Positions 1 to 9,565 of a stretch of 37,237 bases of DNA are shown piece after piece. The translations under genes and the position numbers were made by a program. The stretch comes from an uncultured Bacteroidales bacterium (lineage in GTDB: Bacteria > Bacteroidota > Bacteroidia > Bacteroidales > UBA932): contig CAMOIZ010000001.1 in the NCBI GenBank assembly GCA_946616385.1, positions 1 through 37,237 on the forward strand. Reading direction: 5' to 3'. Under the pieces are notes generated by a model. The model was not told the DNA's origin. It ran no database searches and saw only the letters and a program-made list of their open reading frames with translations. Position 1 is the stretch's first letter; the number at the start of each line of letters is the position of its first letter.

Positions 1-731
1 TTCAGCATGTTGGGCTGGAGATCCTGCAGGGACTGCCAGTTGCGAGTGAGGTTGCGGGCAGAGGCTCCATTGCAGATAATCGCACGTACATGGTCGTAAA
101 ACCCGGATTTGTCGTACAACAAGTCGAAGCCCAGATCCTTTATGAAACGACGGTAATTGTTCCTGTCGTACACTTCGCCTATGAACAGCATCTGCGGATA
201 TACCTTGCGCACCTCGGCGATCAGCCATTCAAGGAATTCCGGAGGCACCATCTCCACCATGTCGCAACGGAATCCGTCCACTCCCTTGTCTGCCCAGAAC
301 AGAAGGATTTCCAGCATCTTGCGGTATGTGTCGGGATGGGAGTAATCCACCTTCAGGGTGTCGGTCCAGTCATAATCGCAGTAGTTGCATTTCGGCAGGT
401 CCCGGCAGTCCGGACTGACATGATTGGGTACATAGTCGATTATGACCTTGAGCCCGGCTTTGTGAGTGCGGAGTACGAGCTTTTCAAACTCGTCCATGCG
501 AGCCTCGGGCCTGTCTGCAAGATAAGGATTCACATCGTGGTAATCCTCTATGGAATAGGGAGATCCGGGATCGCCCTTCACAAAGGGCTTCCCGCTTGCA
601 TGACGGATTACTCCGGTATACCATACAGCGGTGACGTTCAGGGATTTAAGATAAGCGAACGCCTTCGCGTCCCATTCCGAGAATTTGCCTTTGCCCCAGA
701 TTCTGGGAAGGACCTGATATATTACTTCCAT
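1..731 (-). CDS. GH13 alpha-amylase family glycosyl hydrolase (N-terminal part; runs off window start)
   Basis: Manual translation from ATG at 731 gives MEVIYQVLPRIWGKGKF...GSPYSIEDYHDVNPYLA...KVIIDYVPNH...GVDGFRCDMVEMV...FIGEVY, covering GH13 conserved regions I-III with catalytic Asp and Glu. Not in the ORF track because it has no stop within the window. Start overlaps the stop of the upstream methyltransferase gene. Confidence 0.9.
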   Translation of the reverse strand, partial: MEVIYQVLPRIWGKGKFSEWDAKAFAYLKSLNVTAVWYTGVIRHASGKPFVKGDPGSPYSIEDYHDVNPYLADRPEARMDEFEKLVLRTHKAGLKVIIDYVPNHVSPDCRDLPKCNYCDYDWTDTLKVDYSHPDTYRKMLEILLFWADKGVDGFRCDMVEMVPPEFLEWLIAEVRKVYPQMLFIGEVYDRNNYRRFIKDLGFDLLYDKSGFYDHVRAIICNGASARNLTRNWQSLQDLQPNML

Positions 732-1426
732 CTGCGCTTGAATTCAGAAACGGTAATGGCGGTTGCAACGGAAACGTTCAGCGATTCCGAACCTCCGCCG
801 AAAGAGGGTATCGTGAGCCGGCAGTCACACTCGGCGGCAACCTCCCGGCTGATGCCGTTGGCTTCGTTGCCCATTACTATCAGGCCTTCACGAGGGAGTT
901 CGGATGCATAAATGTCGCTGCCGTCCAGGAAGGTGCCGAAGACGTGCAGGCCGGCGGCGCGGAATTCCTTGCATTTCTCCACTATGTCGCAGTAAATCAG
1001 CTTCTTGCGGAAGATCGCGCCCATCGACGCCTGAACCACCTTCGGATTATATACTTCGACGCTGTCGGGGGAGGCGAAGATGCAGTCCACGCCGAACCAG
1101 TCGGCGATGCGGAGTATGGTGCCCAGGTTGCCGGGATCGCGCACGGAATCAAGGGCGAGGCACAGACCGCCCGGAACATGCTCCGAAGGAGCGGGCTTGC
1201 GGACCACGGCAACTACGGGGGATGGGGAACTCATGGTGCTGATTCGCTCCATCAGCTTTTCTCCGACTTCATCCCGGCGAATTATCCTGACTATCCCGAA
1301 GCCGGACGACTCCGCTTCTGCCACCAGTTTTTCACCTTCGACCAGGAAGAGTCCGGATTCGTCCCTGTATTTCTTTTCGTGCAGCGCACGGATCTGTTTC
1401 AACTCGTTGTTGCTGATAGTTTCCAT
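722..1426 (-). CDS. TrmH/SpoU family RNA methyltransferase
   Basis: SPOUT motifs LDSVRDPGNLGTILRIADWFG, GNEANGIS and ESLNV. Start moved to METISNNELK (ATG 1426) because the longer ORF overlaps the divergent gene and promoter. Confidence 0.92.
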   Translation of the reverse strand: METISNNELKQIRALHEKKYRDESGLFLVEGEKLVAEAESSGFGIVRIIRRDEVGEKLMERISTMSSPSPVVAVVRKPAPSEHVPGGLCLALDSVRDPGNLGTILRIADWFGVDCIFASPDSVEVYNPKVVQASMGAIFRKKLIYCDIVEKCKEFRAAGLHVFGTFLDGSDIYASELPREGLIVMGNEANGISREVAAECDCRLTIPSFGGGSESLNVSVATAITVSEFKRRWK

Positions 1427-1431
1427 CGCTG

Positions 1432-1478
1432 CAAAAATACATTCTAGGACAGACAAAAACAAATAATTGTTATATTTG
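1432..1478. promoter_or_regulatory. Divergent Bacteroidetes -7 promoter elements (TATTTTTG on - at 1432-1439; TATATTTG on + at 1471-1478)
   Basis: Both match the TAnnTTTG consensus in a 58-bp AT-rich gap between divergent start codons. Confidence 0.65.
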
Positions 1479-1484
1479 TAGAAT

Positions 1485-3656
1485 ATGAAAAAAACATTCC
1501 TGCTGGCCGTCATCTGCATCCTGTCTTTCTCTTGCAGCACTACCCGTGTGTTGGAAGAAGGGCAGTACAGGCTGGAAGGGAATACCGTCACGATCCTGGA
1601 CGATCCTGAGTTCGACACGGCTGAAGTCCGGAACTACATTCGCCAGAATGACGGAGACGGGGGTCTGCTCGGCTTCAACCCGTTTCTATATGTTTACAAT
1701 TTTTCAAAGAAGGACGGCCTCTGGCACAAACTCGGCACTCCTCCTGTAGTGTACGACGAAGGGTCGGTCGGAACTTCTTTGAACAATATTTCCAACAGAC
1801 TCCGCTATCTGGGCTACTACGATGCCAAGGTCGACAGCACCACTGTCCGCAAAGGGAAGAAAATCAAGGTGAATTACATCGTACAGTTGGGCGGGAGGCA
1901 CAAGATAGATTCCATCGCGTTCGAGGTGCCGGACTATGCTCCTTTCATCGAAGATTTCAGGGCCGACACCGCCGCTCTGCTGGCTAAGCTGAAAGGTGAA
2001 TTCCTTTCGGAACAGATGCTTGAAGAGGAAACCGTGCGTTCATCGGAAAGGTTCCGCAATCTAGGCTACTATTCCCTGACCAAGAACAACTTCTCTTTCG
2101 AGGCGGATACAGTAGGCGGGTACACCCTTCTCAAGTACAGGATAAGGGAGTACGAACGCAGCCAGTCGCCGGCCGGAGCTCAGCCGCTTAACAAATACAC
2201 GATAGGGAAGGTTTCCATCAACCTTCCGAAAGACCTGAAATTCCGCGAATCCGTACTCAAGGGCCTCAATACCGTGCAGCCCGGCCAGCCATACAGCGAA
2301 ACGAACGTCACTACCACCTACAACCGCTTTTCGTCGATCAAACTGTTCAACGGCGTGTCGGTGGAGATGACCCAGGCTGGGCCCGACAAAGTAGACTGCG
2401 ACATCAATCTTTCACGCTCTCCCGTGCAGGGCTTCAAGGTTAATCTGGAGGGTTCCACAAACTCCAGCGGTCTCATGGGTATCTCTCCGCAGATCAATTA
2501 CTTCCACAAAAATGCATTTCATGGAGGAGAGTGGTTCAATCTTGGTTTCAACGGCGATTTCCAGTTCAAGCTGAACGACGACACCCGGGCCACCGAATAC
2601 GGTCTTTCCGCAGGAATCAGTTTCCCTCGCTTCCTGGGACTTCCGTTCAGCATGTTCAGGCGTTCGTCCATCCCCAGGACCGAATTCAATCTTGCCTTCA
2701 ATCATCAGAACAGGCCTGAATATACCCGCAACGTCGCCTCCGTCAGCTTCGGCTATTCCGGCGCCACGCGGCACAACATCAGCTATCAGATATATCCGCT
2801 CCAACTCAATTTCGTAAAACTCTACAACCTGGACGCGGCCTTTCTGAAAACCCTTTCCAGGAATCCCTACATGCGTTATTCCTACATGGACCACCTCGAC
2901 GCTGGCATAGGTATGCTGTTATACTACAATTCCGCCAAAGAGATAGTCCCGAAGGATTCATATTATTTCCACCGTCTCGGCATCGACCTGTCGGGTAATG
3001 TGCTGAGCCTCTTCAATCGCTTCATGGACACCAACTCCGACGGTTCGTATCTTATCGGAGGTTCGCCCTATGCCCAGTACATCAGGGCGGAGTATTCACT
3101 CGGACGCACATGGCGCTTCGGCGAAGACAATAATCAGGGACTTGCCACCAGGCTGCTGGTGGGTGCGGGTTTCGCATACGGAAACTCTTCCGCACTGCCA
3201 TTCGAGAAACAGTTCTACGCCGGCGGAGCAAGCAGCATGAGAGGATGGCAGACGAGGGCCCTCGGCCCGGGATATTCCCCCAGGAACGACGCATTCATCA
3301 TTCCCAGCCAGACCGGAGACATGAAGCTGGAATTCAATCTGGAATACAGGTTCAGGATGTTCTGGAAGCTTGAAGGTGCGCTCTTTACCGATATAGGTAA
3401 CGTCTGGAATCTCAAGTACCAGAACACTGTCGACGACCTCAAGGGTGCCTTCCTGCTCGATGACTTCTTCAACAGCATGGCCGCCGACTGGGGTGTAGGC
3501 GTCCGCGTGAATCTGGAATTCATCTTGCTACGAGTCGATTTCGGCATGCAGTTGCGTGATCCTTCACTCTCCGAAGGCAGCAGGCTGATCGGGCCGCGTC
3601 AGTGGCTCAAGGGATCCAACAACGCGTTTCACTTCGGCATCGGATATCCTTTCTGA
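1485..3656 (+). CDS. BamA/TamA (Omp85) family outer-membrane lipoprotein with POTRA-like N-terminus
   Basis: Lipobox (LSFSC), Omp85 barrel motifs FYAGGASSMRGW..R.LGPG and FTDIGNVW, C-terminal FGIGYPF. Confidence 0.9.
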   Translation: MKKTFLLAVICILSFSCSTTRVLEEGQYRLEGNTVTILDDPEFDTAEVRNYIRQNDGDGGLLGFNPFLYVYNFSKKDGLWHKLGTPPVVYDEGSVGTSLNNISNRLRYLGYYDAKVDSTTVRKGKKIKVNYIVQLGGRHKIDSIAFEVPDYAPFIEDFRADTAALLAKLKGEFLSEQMLEEETVRSSERFRNLGYYSLTKNNFSFEADTVGGYTLLKYRIREYERSQSPAGAQPLNKYTIGKVSINLPKDLKFRESVLKGLNTVQPGQPYSETNVTTTYNRFSSIKLFNGVSVEMTQAGPDKVDCDINLSRSPVQGFKVNLEGSTNSSGLMGISPQINYFHKNAFHGGEWFNLGFNGDFQFKLNDDTRATEYGLSAGISFPRFLGLPFSMFRRSSIPRTEFNLAFNHQNRPEYTRNVASVSFGYSGATRHNISYQIYPLQLNFVKLYNLDAAFLKTLSRNPYMRYSYMDHLDAGIGMLLYYNSAKEIVPKDSYYFHRLGIDLSGNVLSLFNRFMDTNSDGSYLIGGSPYAQYIRAEYSLGRTWRFGEDNNQGLATRLLVGAGFAYGNSSALPFEKQFYAGGASSMRGWQTRALGPGYSPRNDAFIIPSQTGDMKLEFNLEYRFRMFWKLEGALFTDIGNVWNLKYQNTVDDLKGAFLLDDFFNSMAADWGVGVRVNLEFILLRVDFGMQLRDPSLSEGSRLIGPRQWLKGSNNAFHFGIGYPF

Positions 3657-3657
3657 T

Positions 3658-4947
3658 CTACTTTGTGTAATATTTGGGCCAGCAGGCCTGCAGATAAGCC
3701 TTCAGGGCATCTTCGTGCTTGTTGGGAGCAGGATGATAGAATACGTGTCCTTCAAGACCCGCGGGCATGAATTCCTGATCTACAAAATGTCCCGGATAGT
3801 CATGTGCATACTTGTATCCGTCGGAGTAGCCAAGTTCTGACATGAGCTTGGTGGGAGCATTGCGCAAGTGCAGGGGAACGGCGCGTGTCTTGTCGTCTTT
3901 GGCCACCTGCAGGGCTTCTTCCAGAGCCATATAGGAAGCATTGCTCTTTGGGGAAGAGGCCAGATACACGGTACATTCCGCAAGAGGTATCCTGGCTTCA
4001 GGCATGCCGATCTGGTTCACGACCTGGAAAGTGGCATTCGCCAGCAGCAGGGCATTCGGATTGGCGAGTCCGACATCTTCCGAAGCGCTAAGGCACAGGC
4101 GCCTTGCAATAAAAAGAGGATCTTCTCCTCCGTCCAGCATCCTGGCCAGATAATAAACCGCGGCATTTGGGTCGGATCCGCGTATGCTTTTGATGAACGC
4201 GGAGATGATGTCGTAATGCATTTCCCCGTCCTTGTCGTAGATGGCCACATTCTCGTTCAGGCAGGCGGTCACGGTCTTGTTGTCGACTACCGCCTTTTTG
4301 CTGCCGGCCTGGGAATCCACGACCAGTTCGAGTATATTCAAAAGCTTGCGCCCGTCGCCTCCGGACTGGCGGAAAAGAGCTTCGGTTTCCTTTACTTCTA
4401 TCTTACGTTCCTTCAGGATTTCATCGGTAGCCAAGGCCCTGTCGAGAAGCACTTTGAGATCGGCTGCCGCAAGGCTTTTGAGCACATAGACCTGACATCT
4501 GGAAAGAAGGGGAGTGATGACCTCGAAAGAGGGATTCTCGGTGGTCGCACCTATCAGCACCACCGTGCCTGCTTCAACTGCGCCGAGAAGAGCATCCTGC
4601 TGGGCCTTGTTGAAACGGTGTATTTCGTCGATGAACAGAACAGGTGCGGCGGTCTGGTTGAAAACACTTCCACCCTTGGCTGCGTCAATCACCTCCCGGA
4701 CTTCCTTGACTCCGGCACTGACTGCGCTCAAAGTGAAGAACTCCCTCTTGCAGGAATCTGCGATGATGCGTGCAAGGGTTGTCTTGCCCACACCGGGAGG
4801 CCCCCAGAGTATGAAGGAACTCAGGTTCCCGCTTTCGATCATATTCCGGAGTATGCATCCCTTGCCCACAAGATGCTGCTGCCCTACATAGTCGTCGAGG
4901 CTGTGAGGACGCATGCGTTCGGGAAGAGGAGGAAGAAGGCCGTTCAT
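3658..4947 (-). CDS. rarA: Replication-associated recombination protein A (MgsA/RarA AAA+ ATPase)
   Basis: ERMRP..LDDYVGQ, Walker A GPPGVGKTT, Walker B FIDEIHRFNKAQQD, GATTENPSF, SAFIKSIRGSD, SEDVGLA, VPLHLRNAPT. Confidence 0.96.
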   Translation of the reverse strand: MNGLLPPLPERMRPHSLDDYVGQQHLVGKGCILRNMIESGNLSSFILWGPPGVGKTTLARIIADSCKREFFTLSAVSAGVKEVREVIDAAKGGSVFNQTAAPVLFIDEIHRFNKAQQDALLGAVEAGTVVLIGATTENPSFEVITPLLSRCQVYVLKSLAAADLKVLLDRALATDEILKERKIEVKETEALFRQSGGDGRKLLNILELVVDSQAGSKKAVVDNKTVTACLNENVAIYDKDGEMHYDIISAFIKSIRGSDPNAAVYYLARMLDGGEDPLFIARRLCLSASEDVGLANPNALLLANATFQVVNQIGMPEARIPLAECTVYLASSPKSNASYMALEEALQVAKDDKTRAVPLHLRNAPTKLMSELGYSDGYKYAHDYPGHFVDQEFMPAGLEGHVFYHPAPNKHEDALKAYLQACWPKYYTK

Positions 4948-6086
4948 TATCTGATCTCCTTTTTATAAGAACGACGGCGTTTGTGCTGGATGCGGTCAAA
5001 ATCACCAAAGTGATTGCGAATACTGTGGTTGTCTTCCAACTCAGCATTGGTTTCAGCCCATTTCACGCCGAGTTTTTCGTATTTCTGGAACATGTCACAC
5101 ACCACGAGCGCCGTCACGCCAGAATTGCGCACGTCGGCCCTTGCGCCCATCAACAGAAGTTCAGCCCCTTCGCTATGCTTGATGAACAAGGCTTTGGCCA
5201 GATGCCACCAGCCGAAAGGGAAGAGACGCCCGCGCGATTTGATAAGGGCGTCTGCAAGGGAAGGCATGGTAATACCGAAAGCGACTATTTCGCCCTTGTC
5301 GTTCTCGACAGAAGTGATGTAGCGCAGGTCCAGAATCTTAAGGTAAAAACCTATGTACTTGTCTGCCAGGTTTTCCGGAAGCACGGTATATTCGTAAAGG
5401 TCTTTGTAAGAGTCGGTTATGAGAGAGAACAGCTTCTGTGCATAATTCTCTTTGCGGATGATCTTACGGGTTACGGGTCTGATCTTGAAATTGTTCCTCT
5501 CGGCAACGATCCGTGCTACCCGCGTAAACTTCTCGGGCATCGCTTCCGGTACGGTGATCCTGTATTCCAACCAGTCGGCATCCTTCTCGAAACCGAGGGC
5601 CTCGATGTGCTGCACATAGTAAGGATGATTATAAATGAGAGGCATGGTGCTCTGCTGGTCGAAACCTTCTACCAACATGCCTTCAGGATCGAAATCGGTG
5701 AAGCCGAGGGGGCCGACTATGTGTGTCATCCCATGGGCTTTTCCGAATTCTTCGACCTTGGCGATGAGGGCGGCGGAAACCTCCTTGTCGTCGATGGTGT
5801 CAAACCAGCCGAAACGCACTTCGTCATGCTTCCAGCGTTCGTTTGCCTTGTAGTTGATTATGCCTGCAATCCTGCCGACCGGCTTGCCATCGCGATATGC
5901 CATATAAAGCACTTGGTCGCAGAAATCCGATGCAGGATTCTTCTTTTCGTTGAGAGTATCCATCTCGTCGAAAACAATATTCGGCACATAGTATGGGTTA
6001 TGCCTATAAAGAGTCTCGGGGAAAAGGACAAACTTTCTCAATTCCGATCTCTTCGTGGAGTCGATCCTTACGATATCAACGCTCAT
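4947..6086 (-). CDS. GNAT-fold N-acetyltransferase (YghO-like conserved protein)
   Basis: GRIAGIIN, RFGWFDTIDD, GPLGFTDFDPEGMLVEGF, YNHPYY and PFGWWHL motifs typical of this family. Stop overlaps the rarA start. Confidence 0.8.
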   Translation of the reverse strand: MSVDIVRIDSTKRSELRKFVLFPETLYRHNPYYVPNIVFDEMDTLNEKKNPASDFCDQVLYMAYRDGKPVGRIAGIINYKANERWKHDEVRFGWFDTIDDKEVSAALIAKVEEFGKAHGMTHIVGPLGFTDFDPEGMLVEGFDQQSTMPLIYNHPYYVQHIEALGFEKDADWLEYRITVPEAMPEKFTRVARIVAERNNFKIRPVTRKIIRKENYAQKLFSLITDSYKDLYEYTVLPENLADKYIGFYLKILDLRYITSVENDKGEIVAFGITMPSLADALIKSRGRLFPFGWWHLAKALFIKHSEGAELLLMGARADVRNSGVTALVVCDMFQKYEKLGVKWAETNAELEDNHSIRNHFGDFDRIQHKRRRSYKKEIR

Positions 6087-6142
6087 GTCGCTTTAGATTT
6101 AGGTACAGTAACTTGCGAATTTATATTTTTTTGCGGAAAATA

Positions 6143-6163
6143 CAAAGTTAATTGCTAACTTCG
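6143..6163. promoter_or_regulatory. Putative divergent -7 promoter elements (TAACTTTG on - at 6143-6150; variant TAACTTCG on + at 6156-6163)
   Basis: Match or near match to TAnnTTTG in the AT-rich gap between divergent genes. Confidence 0.45.
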
Positions 6164-6183
6164 TGCGAAAACCTATACCTGTC

Positions 6184-6714
6184 GTGAAAATCCGGATTCT
6201 TGCTCTGACCATGTCATTTCTGCTCGCGGTGCAGTTCAATGCACACGCTCAGGGATGGTCGGCAGGATTATACAATTCTCTAAAAGGTATGGGAGTCAGC
6301 ATAGATTACAAGGCAAACGACGACATCTACAATTCCTTCACTCTGTTAGCCGACATGACAGGCATCTTCGGAGGCCGGTACACGGAGCCCGGAATAAAGA
6401 TGGTCTACCTGCATTACAACCGTCTCTCCGCCTTCAGCACGGAGCACGCCGATTTCGGCATTTTCCTCGCACCCGGAGCCAGCACCGGGCTGGTCAGGGA
6501 CCACGACACCGACAGCTTCGGCACCATACTCACGGCCGACATCGCTATCGCCTTGAATGCATGTTTCATCAGAAACATCGACATCGAGGTCGGATTCATG
6601 GCCGAGCTTGGATTCTTTGCCACAAGCACAGTCTCCGGCACCCAGATGAACATTTACGACAACGGCCTGCGCAAGGCCATGATTCCCAGTATCAAGCTAA
6701 TGTACCGATTCTGA
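6184..6714 (+). CDS. Hypothetical exported protein, probable small outer-membrane beta-barrel
   Basis: Signal peptide ending AHA-QG, alternating amphipathic strands, C-terminal KLMYRF. Start uncertain (GTG 6163, GTG 6184 or ATG 6211). Confidence 0.7.
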   Translation: MKIRILALTMSFLLAVQFNAHAQGWSAGLYNSLKGMGVSIDYKANDDIYNSFTLLADMTGIFGGRYTEPGIKMVYLHYNRLSAFSTEHADFGIFLAPGASTGLVRDHDTDSFGTILTADIAIALNACFIRNIDIEVGFMAELGFFATSTVSGTQMNIYDNGLRKAMIPSIKLMYRF

Positions 6715-7331
6715 TGAAAAAGACGGCCGCTTTCATAATGCTTCTCTTCCTGAGCCTGACGTCTCACGCCGGGGGGAGAGCTTTTCTCGACCGCTTCCAT
6801 CCCGGAATCGAATGGGGCTACAGTGCAACGCCGGCAAGGTATCATCACTTCAACTATCTCGACGAATCCATTGGTTTCCGTATCGACGAAGAAGCTTGGG
6901 AAAATGATTGCGTTTCGAATGCTTATTTCCTCGGTAAATTGTCTTTCGATATCAGCCGTTCCTTGAGAATCAGTGCCATAAGCGGCTATGAGGGCGTTGA
7001 TACCGGAGTTTGTGCCATTCCTCTCTCCGGACGGATGGAATATGCTTTCAGCGGCTTTGGAACAGACGGTTTCCTGGTTTTCGTAGGGGCCGGAGCAGCA
7101 TTCATCTCCGCCAACACAAGCAGGCAAGGCAATCGATTCGAAATCGGCGCCGGCTACCGCTATACGCTTGCTCCACACACCTCCCTTGGCATTCGCGTGG
7201 GCGGGAGGATGATTACGGATAAGCCGGACGTATGGGATCCGATCTCCGAACAATACATTTCAGAGCGCAATATCAAGCGTAACGACGCCAGATACTACGC
7301 TCTGGAAATAGGTATTGAACTATCTTTCTAG
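6714..7331 (+). CDS. Hypothetical exported protein, probable outer-membrane beta-barrel
   Basis: Real start MKKTAAFIMLLFLSLTSHA at ATG 6714, overlapping the upstream TGA. Strand-like segments FVGAGAAF and EIGAGYRY; C-terminal LEIGIELSF. Confidence 0.75.
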   Translation: MKKTAAFIMLLFLSLTSHAGGRAFLDRFHPGIEWGYSATPARYHHFNYLDESIGFRIDEEAWENDCVSNAYFLGKLSFDISRSLRISAISGYEGVDTGVCAIPLSGRMEYAFSGFGTDGFLVFVGAGAAFISANTSRQGNRFEIGAGYRYTLAPHTSLGIRVGGRMITDKPDVWDPISEQYISERNIKRNDARYYALEIGIELSF

Positions 7332-8611
7332 AAAAGCGCGTCTACCTTGGAAATGATTTCATCGGCAGGAAGGTCCGGACTCATCACGAGTTCAGGTTCG
7401 AGCAGATGATATCCTTTGCCCATTGCCTGGAGGGAACCACCTCCGGTGATGTTCAGCATGACCACATCCTGCTTGTTTACCTTGCCTTCGCGGACTGCGG
7501 TTGCAAGCGCATGGACTGCACAGGCCGGAGCCGGGAAGATGTCGTATCCCTCAAGGTTGCGGAACTGCAGGATCCAATAAATGATATCGTCGTTGCTTGC
7601 AAGGAAGGTGTCGCCGTTCGAGTCTTTAAGAGCATCGAAAAGGCCTCCGGCGAGGCTGTATGGAGGTTTGCGGTTGCTCAGGACCTTGGCGAGTATGCTT
7701 TCTGCCTGATGACGGCCGAGATCGGGATCCAAAGTTGCAAGCTCGCGCTTTCCGGCCTTCCATGAATCGTGAAGAAGAGTGAACGGCTTGTTCTGGGCGA
7801 CAAATATCTTCATCTTGGTGTTTCCGAACGACCCGTCCTCGATGAGACGGAGATTGTTCTCCCATGCGGCTATCGCGCCGGTGCCCGAGCCAACTGCCTG
7901 GAAATACGCATCAGGAATCTTTCCTATTGCTTCGACTGCAGAAAGGAGGGTTGTGCCCATGCCATCCCGCCTTGCCACGTTCTTTGCACCGCCTTCGGCA
8001 AAATAACGGGAATCCTGGCATATCTTGTCGCCGAGCGAGATGGCATCATAATAGTCGGAGCCATGGGGAGTAGCAACGAGTTTCACGCAGGAGTTGAGCT
8101 TGCGCCGGAACCAGAGGTCATGCTGATTGTCGAGGGGAACGCAGATGACGATGGGGATCAGGTTGTCGGAGCACACCTGGGCGAAAGCGCGGGCCGTATT
8201 TCCTGCGGACTGCACCACGAGGATACGCTTTTCTTTCTTGCTCATGCGGGCGCAGACGCTGAACGCCTCTGTTTCCTTGAATGAGCATGTCTGGAATTCG
8301 GCGCCGATTTCCGGATTGAAACCGGAAAAAGTGATGTATAGATTGTCCAGGCCCAGAAACTTGCCAAGCCCCTTGCTATGATATGTGACAGGGGCGCAGG
8401 AACGTTTGAGAGTGCGTTGGATCGGCATCCACTCGGCATATCTGTATAAGCCGTCGAGATCGACCCGCGGCGTGAACTTCTTGTTTTCGTAGACTGCGCG
8501 TACGAGGGAAGGGCTGGTCGCTTCGGGATCCGCGAGGGTCCAGCCTCTGTCTTCGAAAATGCGGCCGTCAGCCACATTCATGAGTTTGTACTTTGTTCCT
8601 TGGAACTTCAT
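7328..8611 (-). CDS. Cysteate synthase-like PLP enzyme (threonine synthase fold)
   Basis: TCSFKETEA (PLP lysine), SAGNTARAF, EGGAKNVARRDGMGT, YFQAVGSGTGAIAAWE, VLSNRKPPY and LNITGGG, recognised as cysteate synthase family signatures. Confidence 0.82.
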   Translation of the reverse strand: MKFQGTKYKLMNVADGRIFEDRGWTLADPEATSPSLVRAVYENKKFTPRVDLDGLYRYAEWMPIQRTLKRSCAPVTYHSKGLGKFLGLDNLYITFSGFNPEIGAEFQTCSFKETEAFSVCARMSKKEKRILVVQSAGNTARAFAQVCSDNLIPIVICVPLDNQHDLWFRRKLNSCVKLVATPHGSDYYDAISLGDKICQDSRYFAEGGAKNVARRDGMGTTLLSAVEAIGKIPDAYFQAVGSGTGAIAAWENNLRLIEDGSFGNTKMKIFVAQNKPFTLLHDSWKAGKRELATLDPDLGRHQAESILAKVLSNRKPPYSLAGGLFDALKDSNGDTFLASNDDIIYWILQFRNLEGYDIFPAPACAVHALATAVREGKVNKQDVVMLNITGGGSLQAMGKGYHLLEPELVMSPDLPADEIISKVDALF

Positions 8612-8623
8612 ATAGGTTCAGGT

Positions 8624-9556
8624 TTAAAGGGTTGCGAAAAGTTTGATCATGTATCCGACAAACACCAGCAGCAGAAGGCTAGCATCGAAACGGTCGAGCA
8701 AATCCTTCTTTCCGGTATAAACGCCGGTCCAGACAAGTATTATACTGAGGAATAATGCAGCATAGTCGTAGACATCCAGGCGGGCGAAACTCGTGGGAGA
8801 GATAACCGCGGACACACCCAGGATAAGAAGGAGGTTGAAGACGTTCGAACCCAGGATGTTGCCGAGGGCCATCTGGCTGCGCTTCTTTGCAAGGGCGACA
8901 ATGCTCGTGACGAATTCCGGCAGGGACGTGCCCATCGCAAGCACGGTAATGGCGATGAACTTGTCGCTGACACCGAGCATGCGGGCGATGGTCTCGGCGG
9001 AACTCACGAAAAGATTGCCGCCGAATATAAGGCATGCAAGACCTCCGAGAATAAGGATCACGGCATACACCAGGGGTATGTCTTTTGTTTCGTCCGGGGC
9101 AGTTTCCTCTACGGAATCGGTGCGGAAACTGTATAACAGATAGAATGCGAAAAGAACCAGAAGGATAATGCCGTCGGTGCGGGAGAGCCCTCCTTTGAAT
9201 CCGAGCGCTGCCACCACGAAAGTTACCAGTATGGTGAGGGGGATGTCGCGGAAATGATTCTGACGGGTGATGGCTACAGGAGCTATCATGGCCGAAACGG
9301 CAAGAATCATGGCTGTGTTGAAGATATTGGATCCGAAGACATTGCCTACGGCGATGTCGGAATTATGCGCGATGGCGCCGGAAACGCTGACGACGAGTTC
9401 CGGCAACGAAGTTCCGAACCCTACGATCACCAGGCCGATGACGAACTCGCTTATTCCGGTGCGGCGGGCGATGGAAGAAGCTCCGTCCACAAGTGCACTG
9501 GCCCCGCCAATAACCATGGCGAGCCCCAGCAGCAAAGCGATGATTTGAAGAAACAT
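8624..9556 (-). CDS. Calcium/sodium antiporter (YrbG, CaCA family)
   Basis: Duplicated alpha-repeats GTSLPE...GNVFGSNIFN and GTSLPE...GNILGSNVFN; about 10 TM helices. Confidence 0.93.
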   Translation of the reverse strand: MFLQIIALLLGLAMVIGGASALVDGASSIARRTGISEFVIGLVIVGFGTSLPELVVSVSGAIAHNSDIAVGNVFGSNIFNTAMILAVSAMIAPVAITRQNHFRDIPLTILVTFVVAALGFKGGLSRTDGIILLVLFAFYLLYSFRTDSVEETAPDETKDIPLVYAVILILGGLACLIFGGNLFVSSAETIARMLGVSDKFIAITVLAMGTSLPEFVTSIVALAKKRSQMALGNILGSNVFNLLLILGVSAVISPTSFARLDVYDYAALFLSIILVWTGVYTGKKDLLDRFDASLLLLVFVGYMIKLFATL

Positions 9557-9565
9557 AGTGTAAAG

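Noticed and set aside
90-911. 273-aa + strand ORF
   Set aside because: Antisense shadow of the GH13 gene on the - strand, which carries the real conserved motifs.
6255-6713. N-terminal half of the 358-aa ORF, suggesting a fusion or frameshift
   Set aside because: Arg/His-rich alternate frame of the upstream gene; a clean signal peptide begins at ATG 6714.
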